DNA of 64,000 nucleotides from Nemertoderma westbladi (lineage: Eukaryota > Animalia > Xenacoelomorpha), in contig JAUCBJ010001005.1 of NCBI GenBank assembly GCA_032718475.1, forward strand, positions 1 to 64,000, in the 5' to 3' direction. Under the pieces are notes generated by a model. The model searched no databases. It saw only the letters and a program-made list of their open reading frames with translations, and was not told the DNA's origin. Positions 1 through 11,350 of this stretch are shown piece by piece (position 1 is the first letter of the stretch; every line of letters begins with the position of its first letter). A program made the position numbers and the translations under genes.

Positions 1-2985
1 TCAAGCCCTTCCAACGCCTGCTCCGTGGTGCGAACCACTGCGAATGACAACCGAGACTCCTTCTCAAAAGAGGTGATAGACAACATCAAACGGAATATAT
101 ACATGGACGACAATTTAAGGTCCCTTCCATCAGTAGAAGAAGCCATAGATGTCGCAAAAGGAACGGTAGAGTGTTTGAAAAGAGGTGGATTTCGACTGAC
201 GAAATTCACCAGCAACTCCCGTGAGTTTCTGGAAGCGATACCTGTAGCAGACCGAGGAGCGAAAGACCTAGACTTAATAAAGGACGATCTTCCTGAAACC
301 AAGACGCTTGGCTTGAAGTGGGACACTGAAAGAGACATCCTGTTTTTTCAGTTAAAACAGCGAGATAATCCCGTTCGGACCAAACGGATTTGTTTAAGTA
401 TCCTGAGCACTTATTTCGACCCATTGGGATTTATTAGCCCAGTTATATTGATTGCTCGGAGTTTAGTACAACAAATGTGGCTTGAAAACCACTCATGGGA
501 CGATCCGCTTAAGGGAGAATTGTTAAAGAAATGGATGAAATGGGAAGATTCTCTACCTGCCATCGAGAACTTTATAATTTCCCGTGCATATTTTGGCCAT
601 GTTCTTCCTACGTATTCTTATCAACTCCATGTGTTTGGAGACGCCAGCGACATGGGAATAGGTATAGTAGCATATCTGCGAGTCGAAACTCCGGATGGGA
701 TCAAAGTCGCCTTGGTTACCTCTAAGGCATTGATTAACAACAAGTTAAAGGTTCCTCGAGCGGATTTATAGGCGGCTTTATACGCTACAGCCATCGGCCG
801 GAACGTAACGGAACAAATCGACTATCCACTGGAGAAAACGGTTTATTGGACCGACGCTTTACTCGTGTTGGAGTATCTAACCAATGAAGTCTGTCAGTTC
901 AGCGTTTTTGTTACTAACAGGGTAGCTATTATTCTTAGTCGCACAAAGATAGATCAATGGAGACATTGCCCTGGTACGATTAATCCAGCCGATATCGCCT
1001 CCAGGGGAGCAACTCCACAGGAACTGATAGATACTCCAGACTGGTTGGGTGGACCCGACTTCCTGAGCAAGGAAGAGGATGAATGGCCTCCTCACCTTAC
1101 TACGGCGGAGATTAGACAAGCCAAGGGAGCGGAGACAGTCAAACCTAAAACCCGGGCGAGTAAATCGAAGTTATTTAAACCGACTATCGATCTATCTGTA
1201 TTACATGCTTCCGGAAACGATGCTTCGGATCCACAATCCCTCGCCACAAATAAGTCTGTTGTGGAAATTAGAGATAGAGATTGGACATCTGGAATACCAG
1301 ACATCTCGCAAGGAATCTCACCCATGCTGCAGAGAGCAATGCATCACTACAGTTCCTGGAATCGGCTCTGTAAAGCCGTCACATATTTAAGGAGATGTTT
1401 TCATCATCACTACTCCAGGACGAAGACCATTAGTGATACCGCTCCATTGACATCTGCGCAAGTTCATGTTATTAAAAATTTACCCAAATATAAGACATCT
1501 GACCGTTTTTTAAAGGAGAAAATTAGTCACCAGGAGCATGAAGAAACAAATAAGCAGATCCTGAGACTCCTGCAATGCTATGAGGATTCCGATAAGTATT
1601 TCCTGTTGTTGAGAAATCCGCAGATGCGCTTAAGGGATCGATTCTCTAGCACAATGATAGATGGGTTAATACGTGTTGGAGGAAGACTCACCAATGCGCC
1701 ATTATCCTTTGACACTAAATTCCCCATACTCATTAGAAATCTTGAAGTACAAATCAAGATGATTATAGATGTCCACAGCAAACTTTATCATGCTGGTAGA
1801 GAACGAGTTCTTAGCGAAATTCGAACTCGCTATTATTTTGATAAACCCCGTAGAGCTCTGAACCAAGTTCTTAGGAACTGCATACCCTGTAGGAAAGCAT
1901 TCAGTAGGCCTTTAACACAGCGAGAGGCAGAATTACCTAGGGAACGAGTAAGCTTCTATGAACCACCTTTTACTAATACTGGTGTAGATTTATTTGGCCC
2001 TATCGAAGTATATCGTGCGAGGACTATAGTCAAGAGATGGTGTGTCATCTTCGTATGCATGACTTGTAGAGCCATCCATCTCGATATGGTGAACGATCTA
2101 TCTACCAACAGCTTCGTCTTAAGTTTACGCCGACAGATCGCTCGCTTCGGGACGAGTAATACCATGAGATCGGATAAGGGAACGAACTTCATTGGTGCCA
2201 ATAACGAAATACAGGCTTACGTGAAGGACTGGAACCAAAGACAGGTGGACGACCAGCTAAGGATAACAGCGTCTAGCTGGACCTTCAACGCCGCCGACGC
2301 CCCTTGGTGGGGAGGAAGTTGGGAGAGATTAATTAGAAGTGTTAAGACCGCATTTCACTTTATAGTGCCATGCCGCGCGTATCTCACCGACGAACTTTTG
2401 CGGACGTTAATGGAGGAAATAGCTGCCTATCTCAACGAGAGACCGCTTATGCCAGTCTCATCGAGTCCCGATTCCCTGGAAGCTCTAACACCCATGCACT
2501 TCCTACTGAAGAAACCTGTAGCCATGCTCCCACGATCGGAGATTGCCGACGGAGACGAATACTGCCGTCGAACTTGGCAACTTATGCAGTTGCTATCCCG
2601 TCGTTTCGCTGACCATTTCGAGAAACATTATCTGCCCACGCTACAACTTCGAACTAAGTGGTTTGCGCAGCAAGAAAACGTCAGCGCCGGAGATATGGTG
2701 CTTATTGTAGATCCAGACCTCCCACGTAAACGGTGGCAGACAGGTCGTATCATCGAGACCCACATCTCGGATGATGGTTTAGTACGCTCGGTAGAACTCA
2801 TCGTCATGCGGCGTAACTTCAAGAAGCCAGGCATAATCTTTGAGACGCAACAACTCAATCGCCCAGTTGGTCGTTTATGTTTACTGGAAAGAAACAGAGA
2901 ACTCTCCGGAAACTATGGAAGGCAAGACACTCTTCCCACGACCACCTCCCTAATTCCTCAAACATCTAGGGACTCCCCAACGTGA
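1..2985 (+). pseudogene. pol (RT-RNase H-integrase) of copy A, one in-frame stop
   Basis: ORFs 25-771 and 865-2985 share a frame; TAG at 769-771 corresponds to AAG in copy C. Confidence 0.9.
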
Positions 2986-3502
2986 TACGTTTGGAGTGGG
3001 TGTATGACTATATTATTTTATCTATTTTATTATATTTTTATATGCGAACTTTATTATGTACTTTATTATAATCGTTTTTATTCAATTTTATTTAGTAGAA
3101 TGTTATTTTAGTGATTATTTAGTAGATTAGTGCAATATATTAGTGTTTATTACGTAATTACATATATATAATATATATTTAGTGTGACGGCGAGAAATAA
3201 ATTTTTCTCTTTCCTTACTGTCCGTATCATATTATAAATACGTGACTACAGTAAGATGAAATGTCCGTACTTATTAAAGTACAATAAAGCCACTACTATA
3301 TTTAAGTATTATTGGTAGGCAGAGTATTAGGAATGCAAAGTTCAGATCCTCGTGTCTCGGCTAAACCAAGCTCTGGGTAGACCTTGGAAACGACTTGCCT
3401 CTTCACACTGACATTGCTTCGTGCGATATTGCTCTTCTACCTTATATTAAATAATACATATAGTAGCGTGAAGTCCCTCTAACAGTAGCGTAAAACGCAA
3501 AT

Positions 3503-3825
3503 AAATCTGTTAAACCTTTTGACCATCTGTAATTCTAGTCGATTAAGATATCGCGGCACCCACCGATATACTTGAAAGACAAATTCTAGAATCAGTGGTT
3601 AACGTCCCCAGACAAGTTCTGGAATAAATCGGTGCCCATCTTAAATATTAATTTAATATTTAGTAAAAAAAAAATCTGTAAAATTCAGGTCCTTTGAAAT
3701 TTCTAGTCAATTAAGATATCGCAGCACTTACCGATACTCTTAAAAGACAATTTTATAGAATTAAGGATCCTATGTCCCTAGACCTGGTCTGGAATCAAAT
3801 TGTGTCAATTTTAACATCAAATAAT
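3503..3825 (+). repeat. Imperfect tandem duplication (~168-bp period) in the pol-ORF3 spacer
   Basis: ttctagtc.attaagatatcgc.gcac..accgata at 3533 and 3701; present in copies B and C as well. Confidence 0.85.
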
Positions 3826-4615
3826 AAAATTCACGGGAATAAATTCAAATTCATATTTTAAATGAATTTCATAAATTGTCATTTTGTACAATTTATAACA
3901 TTCCCAAAATTCCATTAATTATTAGATCATGGGAGCGGAGATTCATCCTATTGAGTGTATTAGAGTGCGAGAATCTCCAACATATAGTCAATAGCCGATA
4001 AAATTAATAAAATCATGCATAAAGAGGATATTGACAATTAAAGAATTATTATTAAATAGCATCCCAGATCTGTATGCATGAGAATTACCCTAATTCTACC
4101 GCTAGCATTCCATAATGTCACCATAGCAACGCCCACGCTAGAATTAGAAGCAAGTTAAGAGAACAATAGAAAGCTTGCCACATTGCATAGCATAGAGAAT
4201 ACATAGCACACTGTTAGTATCCAAGGATACACAGTAATAACGTGGCATTCTGGAAGGCACTGACTAACGGACAAATGGCCTGTATGTGTATAATTGGTGA
4301 CAGTTGTGTGGAATTTGTGCGTTTATAGGTGGATGTTACTGCTAAAGTATGTTTACATTAGCTAGTCGCAATTGTAAAAGTAGCCCAACTCTCCTATAGA
4401 AAGAACCTAAGTGGATCCAAGCCTTTGGGACGGACAGTGGAGTGACTTGTGCCGGTTATCGTTGTCGTGCTGTTGCTACATGTTGGCGTAAACACCGCGA
4501 CGACGGTACATCGGCGCTGAGAATCCCACTGTCCGGGGGCAAAGAGAAGTAGGCAGCGACGCCCGCTCGCCTAAAATATAAACTCATTTGATATTAATAA
4601 ACTCAGATAGCAGAT

Positions 4616-7600
4616 ATGACGGAGTTGATAGAAGATGATCTTGGTATTAGGGAGCGATATACTCTACCTTTACAAGCATTTGTGGATAGCTTAATACGCG
4701 GTGAAGCCGATCCAACCATTACGGAGGACGATGGTCGTTATATCGAACCGCCGATGTCCCAAGAGCAACTTGCGCGTGAATTGGACTATCGAAAATTCAC
4801 CACTCGCTATACGAATCGTAATGGTACGTATATGGACTTCTTAACGACCGGCCATCCTATCGATTTACATGATACGGACGATGTAGATACAGAGAGGGAA
4901 ATGGTTCTATTTAAATATCATACCCAGCGGAGTCGTAACGATAAACCGAGAATAGATCACGAAAATTCTATTCGTAATAGACTGGAAAGAGAAAACGTTG
5001 AAGAACCGGATAAACACATCGACTTCAACGAATACCTAGAATTTTTGAGAGAAACCTATCTCAACATCGCTAGTCAGCAGAACTTATAGACTCGATATCC
5101 TCAAGGTATACATCACGACCCTGTGGTAGAACTCAAACGGCTCTATTTCACTATGATGTATCTTACCGCTGATCGTCCACTACCTGTTATCCCGGATAGT
5201 TTTGAACAAATGGAAGAATATTGCAAAACTGGAGAACGTTCACCCACGTTTCCTCTACAGGACGTACGTCTTTGGTATTATTGTGACGAATGCCCTAGAC
5301 CCAACCAACAAACTGAAAGACACAAACATCCGCGGAGACGTTGCGCTAAACATAGTTTTACGCGTTACACTTACGGGAGTTTCGAGCGAAACCTGTTCGA
5401 CGTACCACCCACGATCGCTCGTCTTAAACGATCACTGAATAAACCCATGATCAGAGTTCCGGAATACTCGGTCAGGCCTCCTCATTCCCTAGTGAGACCT
5501 CAAACTCTTGAGCCTAACAGTATCACTGATCCTCCCGAACTATATTCCCTGTTCAAAGACTTAGTGTTACCCGAACAATTAATCGGTGGTGCTCCGGTAG
5601 TGGGTTCATTAGACATTCGCCCATCCTACTTAGCCGGATTGGGGCGCGGGCAGCTAATATCGCCCTTTGATCCTTACAATCGTCCAGGATTAAACCCGAT
5701 GCAACCCGCCACGGAAGTCGAGGAGAGCGTTATAAGAAACGCTTTAGACGCCATTCGACAGAAAATCGGAAAGGGAACACAAGATTGTTTAGAGAAACGT
5801 AAATTACAACAACAAGTCCAATCGGTGAAGGAGTTAGCCTTGCCACAGTTCGATAGAGAAATCCAAAACCTCGAGGAAGACATCGAGCTTGGACGCACGT
5901 ATTCTCTACAAGAATTTTTAGATGAACGCTTACAGAGACAAGCGGAAGAAAATTTACTCGAGGAGAAACACACGAAACTGGAAGAGAGAGAAGAAGCCGC
6001 TTTAGCCCAACCTGAAGCTCAAATCCTCATGACGGACCTCTACTCTAAAACCGTTCGTCATCCCTCGATGATTCCACATTTCGGAGACAAGCTCTTTGCG
6101 ACGATACAGCCTCAACCGGTTGATATCAGTACAGGATCGCAAAATCTTATCGCTGACGCCCCTATGTTACAGCGTCCGCCGATCGAGGCCGCTCGTGTTG
6201 ACGGTATACTCGTTGAACCTCCGGACAATCGAGCGGATCTTGTCCGTCGTATGGTACACGATGTCAACATACGCGCTAGACCTTTACAGAACTCGTTTTA
6301 TGGGATTAAAGACCACCCTTATTACGTTAATCTGACTCAATATTATATGGTAAAACCAGAAGACCCGACGCATAATTTAAAGTTTCTACCACTAATAAAT
6401 CCTCTAGACATTGTCGAACTCGAACAATTGCAGAAACATCTGGATCAGTTAGTAAAGGTAAACTCATTTAGAAAACCATATAACATTTCTCGAATCGAGA
6501 AAGATATAGAACCTCCTTATAATCTCGATGGATTTATCAAAACTCGATTAGTCCATTGGAATCTAGATGTATTATTTGAAGAAGAGAAAATACAAAGATA
6601 TGGAAATGTGGAGACGTATACCACTCGGCACATGAAGTATAGTGATCTCCCTGACGCTAACCAATGCGCCACCTTGTGGCATCCAGTAGGGATGACCCTA
6701 GAGAACGCCACCAAGGAGTGGAATGAAACTCTTAATGTTATTGAGATGTATGGAGTTGTCACCTACGATAATGAAGGTAGCGTTCCGGTCGGAGAACTAG
6801 GAACTACGCGCATGATCCACATACGCGGATTAGCTGGTTCTACCCACGTGTTTACTCGAGCGTGTTCCGACGTGATTGATTATTCTTTTGAAACTCTCAC
6901 CGAAACACAAAAGAATCTCCGACATGGACAATTCGAACTCGCGCAGCGTTACGTCATTGACACCGAACGCAAACCGGCCATGGGCATCGATGGATCGATG
7001 TTACCCCAGCCCGTACTCGAGATGTTATTCAATAAAAGAATCCTTAAAATCGGCTCAGCTGTTTATGGAGATCTCCAAAACGACTTTCGGAATATGGAGA
7101 ACATTCCATACCCTTTCGTTGATACTCAGCTGATTGCTCCCTGGGCAGAAGGTCGAGGTTTCTTCCGCACCATGTATGCTAATACGTCTAGCAATATTAC
7201 AAAGGTGCAACGAACTTCCATCGGACATCTTGCCTTTCAGGAATACGGATGGAATTTCAAAGTCGGAAATCCCATTAACTATCAACAAGTATACGGAGAC
7301 CATTATTCTCGATTATACTTTGATGGACCATTGACCGCACCTGGCGCCGTGTATAGCTTCATGAGTGTTCCACTCCTTCCCTCCTTAGCTATATACACGA
7401 TCTTTGAAAACACCGCACTTGCCGGTTGGCTAGCCGATGTGTGCAGTCGTACCATACGCGCCCATCCATTAATACTTGGGACCAAACTCGCTAAGCTAGA
7501 TGAACATAATAAATTCATCCGTTTCGAATGTTTCCGGCGATTTTTAACCCCGTTCCGCAACGTGGATAGCCAATTTAAAGACCGCGCTTTGACCAAGCTC

Positions 7601-8869
7601 AGCCTAAGAAACTCAGCTGCAGAGAAGTTGGATAGCGCTGGATTCGCCGTTTTCCAAGAGATTTGTATATCGAACTTGCACTCCTCTGTTATACAAAGAC
7701 CTCGAATCCCCACAGGTTATTCTGTCGTGGAAATTCAGACAATAGGTCCACCTGAAGAGACAGACGCGCCCACTTCAGCTATGCACTTGGAAGACGAACC
7801 AATATGTCTAGAATCTGAAGAGATTCAGCCTATCGCGCCCCGGAACAGCGACAACGATTACATCATAGAATGGTATCAAGGTCCACAGTGTCTCACTGCG
7901 TACGATTATCGACATGCCAACTATGTTTCTAGGCAACGTTGTCGGTTATGCGCATCGAGAGACCACGATACGCCCATGGACACCAACGTCCGCTGTTCCT
8001 ATTTCCAAGAACAACCGACTATGGAAATTTATTGCGCATATTGCAGACTCAATAACTTGCATATCTTTGCGGTTTGCCCTCAATTTATGACTCAATGTCA
8101 CCATTGTCAACTAAAGGGACATGCCAGTTTCGATTGCCCTTTTAATCACGATTTGGAAAGCGTAGATGAAATGATCACACTACGTTACATCAGAGCTTGG
8201 GAAGCGAACGCTGATTTACATTGTGATTCGCGCCATCGCTATTATCCCGGACGCGCTTACGAAGGAGTTTATGCGTTCCATCCTTATCTATTCGCTTCGG
8301 TCGAACAGAAATCACGCATATCGAGTTATGAGCTACTGAAGCGCGTCGGAGAATGTATTTCAACCAAATTCGTACGCAAATTTCTCAGGAGTGTTAATCC
8401 TAGCGACCTTCATTCCTATAACTTAATCAATTATATCCGTCAGGATCCGGACTATGGAGACTTGTTTGTTAACTCACACCCCGAGTTACAGGAAGTATAT
8501 CGACGACCTTACGAATACCGAGCCCGCGAACGCGAGTTGGAAAGAACCATTAAACCCCGGAGGTTTCTAACTGCCTATGGTCCGCCCACGGCCCTCGTTC
8601 AGACCACTCGTAAAGGACCCGTAAGAGCGGCTGTCTTGAAACGAGCTCTCAAAGCCGTTAGACCCCTCTCCCCTGACGTTGATGTCAATCAACCCGGTAC
8701 TTCGACTGGTGGATACACCGACCATAATCCTACACCCTCTGATGCAATCATATTGCACCCTTCACCCAGGAGTTATAGCCCTCCTTGTAAAGTGGCTCGC
8801 CCCAAAGAGAAAAGGACTCTGGCTAGCTTTAAAAAACTGTGTAAACGCCGTCCGCGCAAGAAAGACTAA
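4616..8869 (+). CDS. ORF3 of copy A: ~1417-aa protein with a DEDDy-like 3'-5' exonuclease domain and CCHC zinc knuckles (one premature TAG at 5087-5089)
   Basis: ORFs 4616-5089 and 5123-8869 are in frame, and copy B has GAA at the TAG position. Motifs VVTYDNEG, LPQPVLEMLFNKRILKIGSAVYGDL, PFVDTQLIA, TSIGHLA and PLLPSLAIYTIFE follow the WRN/RNase D exonuclease pattern. Three Cys/His clusters lie at 7940-8137. Domain call made by eye. Confidence 0.8.
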
Positions 8870-8938
8870 CTGTTTAGAGTATTTACGTATATTAGAAACT
8901 GTGATTTTGTATATTTTATAGACTCAAATCCCATTTTC

Positions 8939-8947
8939 TGGGAGCGG
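8939..8947 (+). other. Polypurine tract of copy A (tgggagcgg)
   Basis: Directly abuts the TGT start of the LTR; identical in copy B (34017-34025, minus). Confidence 0.75.
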
Positions 8948-10213
8948 TGTAAAAGCTTCTGTGGGATATAACTGGCCCTTTTGCTTCGCAATCCAGTTTC
9001 CCCCCAGGCGCTGGAATACTCTAAAAGGCTCTCTAACTATATATATATTCCCCTCGCCCGCAAGGTACCGTTATAGGTGTTTTAACAGACATAAAAGTCA
9101 TTCTTCTATATACGTGCTTTAGCGGACATGGTAAGGCAAAAAACCCGCAATGCACCAAATACCTTTACACAGCTTAGCCTTGATGATTCAGATTACGACA
9201 TCTAACAGCTGGTTGCTGACATGGAAACGGCCATTGGACACATGGTTCTTTGTTTAGCTTAAGCCAATCAGAGCGATTTTTTCTGTCGATGTGGAGATAT
9301 TCGGCCGATCATACTAGGAGTGTTGAGTCTTACTGTTTTTTCTTGTTACTGTTGTGTTGTTTCTATCTAGGCCAGGAACACCGGCTCTAGAGTCAATTCG
9401 TTTCATACTTTAGAAGAAACATTAGTAGGCTTAAATTATAGAGCGTATAACTGTTATCATAACATAACAATCAGTGCATAACATATCAACTTATCTCAAT
9501 TCAGTCTTACATTATCGGTTCAACATACATTATTATACTGCTATTTACTGTTGTTTGGTTGAATATTATTTGGAGAATATTTATAAAGAACCCAAATTTC
9601 CCAATTTTCTTGATACACTACAGGTTAGAGAGACGGGTTATATATAGCGATTGCGACTTATATTATTGTGGTTTGTAGTGAATTTAATGCTATTTGATAA
9701 GCACTACATGAGTCCGTTGCTGTTCTCTTTATATATAATAAAATTCATTGACGGTCGGCAAATTAGTGAGCAGTATTGTGTGTTACCGGTAGTGTGCCTG
9801 ATTGTGATTGATAACTAAGCATTTCCTAAAGAATGCGCCTCATACGTGAATCATAAGCCTTACCGACTTACCGTTGTGATTAGTATAAGTCATATCTCTG
9901 TTTACCTAGATAGAGCGCCACGTCCAAAAGGAACTGTTAATATTTCCCGAAAGTGAATAATATTAGTCAGAAATTATTTATTAACGATCAATCGAATAAT
10001 ACAGTAATCTTACACTGCAATAATAATCTAAGCCCTCAGAATCCAGTCTCCCGGGTATATCCAGCGGGTGAATGGACGCGCACTTGGCTGGCTTCTGCTA
10101 ATGTTGTGTTTATTGGTATTAAATATTTGTCAACTTCTAAAGTCTATTTGTAAACCAAAAGACATATAAATTTTGGCAGGTTAAACTGCTAAAGGTCTTC
10201 AAAAGCGCGTACA
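8948..10213 (+). repeat. 3' LTR of copy A (1266 bp)
   Basis: tgtaaaagc...gcgcgtaca; closely matches 49171-50364. Confidence 0.95.
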
Positions 10214-10337
10214 AACCTTCCTTGCTGCGCTCGATCGGTACATAAATATACTCTGGTCATATAAAGCGTGTTTTATTAAGTAGTCTTAATAGTTATTATC
10301 TTAAGACAAATTTGATTTAATAAAATTTGTGTTGCAG

Positions 10338-10477
10338 GAACCAACTGTCCCTTCAGACATTGTCTTGGTGACAAACCAGATAAAATAGTTTCTCAGTGGT
10401 TTAGAGAAATTCGCGCCCATCCTCAGTGGCAAGAGATAAACGAAAATGATTTGGCGATCAGCGGGAACTATACTCAG
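10338..10477 (+). CDS. Exon 3 of upstream CAP/SCP paralog (exons 1-2 presumably upstream of window)
   Basis: AG/GT-bounded 140-nt exon encoding TNCPFRHCLGDKPDKIVSQWFREI...SGNYTQ; paralogous to 24142-24281. Confidence 0.85.
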
Positions 10478-10495
10478 GTAATAGTTGGATTTAAT

Positions 10496-10654
10496 GTGGG
10501 GCGAACCACGAAGTGAGTGAAGCCTTAGCATAGGGGTACCATGTTGTATGCCGTCGTCCAATTTTTGATCGCTAACTCAGTCATTCCTTGATGAAATTAC
10601 ACCAAACTTGGTACGTATGTAGTCCGTCAAACGTTTGGAAGAATCCGTTAAATG
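10496..10654 (+). repeat. Host interspersed repeat (possibly non-autonomous Helentron/DINE-like), continuing at 17566-17880
   Basis: Shared head ggggcga(a/g)ccacg(a/c)a...cttagc and internal gatgaaat...caaacttgg recur near 17957 (head), 20712 and 32431. Superfamily assignment is tentative. Confidence 0.45.
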
Positions 10655-11350
10655 TGTTAAAGCTTTTGCGGCAAAAATGTGTCGTTTTTGTGCAATACGC
10701 GAACTACTCTAAAACTGACAGTATCTCAAGGTATTTGAGAACTTATAAAAATTACGCCCCTTAGTGTTTATTTTGGTATAGAGCTATAGTGACGAAATCA
10801 CCAGCCATTGGCCAGTATTTTTCTTTGTCCCGTAGCCTCTATGTTATTTTCCCGGCCAATCAGCACAATTTTCACTTTACGGTTTCTTGAGGCCTTGTTT
10901 ACATATGAATATTGAATATGCCGCAATGCGAAAAAATCATTCATTCTGACTTCTGCCCGAATACCATCAGCATCGGCAAATCGGCAAATTTAGCGTATTT
11001 CAGTACTATTGTCAGTTGCGTGAGTGTGAGCGAATAATTATACATTCCTAAAGAATGTAAACACTGTGCAGTCTCATGACCATCCGTTGTAATTAGTATA
11101 AGTCATAACTCTGTGGGGTATTTAAAGCGAAGCATCTAAAGGAACTGTTGTTATTGCCCTGAAAGTAAAGCATAGTTTTGTAGATTAGTAGAAATCATTC
11201 GAATAATACAGAGTAACCTACCCCATTCTCTGCTATAGAATTCAGTCTCCCATACACAGTGGGTCATACGCCGTGCTAGGCTGGCTTCTACTGTACTGTG
11301 GTCATATTTTGTGGGGGCTGTCAGACATCATAGGACACATAAATTAACAG

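Larger units (their letters stand above)
1..10213 (+). mobile_element. BEL/Pao LTR retrotransposon, copy A (5' part upstream of window): pol 3' half, 1.6-kb spacer, extra ORF3, PPT, 3' LTR
   Basis: RT YMDD, BEL-type RNase H (LHVFGDAS), HCPG.INPAD.ASRG, integrase (GVDLFGP, SDKGTNF, PWWGG.WERLI) and the C-terminal W.TGRI..DG.VRSV region typical of BEL/Pao; TG..CA LTR at the 3' end. Confidence 0.95.

Noticed and set aside
3929-4081. Short uORF (MGAEIHPI...) in the spacer
   Set aside because: Only 21 codons, with mostly non-synonymous differences between A and B; conservation is better explained at the nucleotide level.
5087-5089. Programmed readthrough of the TAG in ORF3
   Set aside because: Copy B has a sense codon (GAA) here, so it is a simple nonsense mutation in A.
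4616-8869. ORF3 as an envelope gene
   Set aside because: No signal peptide, no transmembrane helix and no Cys-rich ectodomain; motifs fit a nuclease and knuckles.
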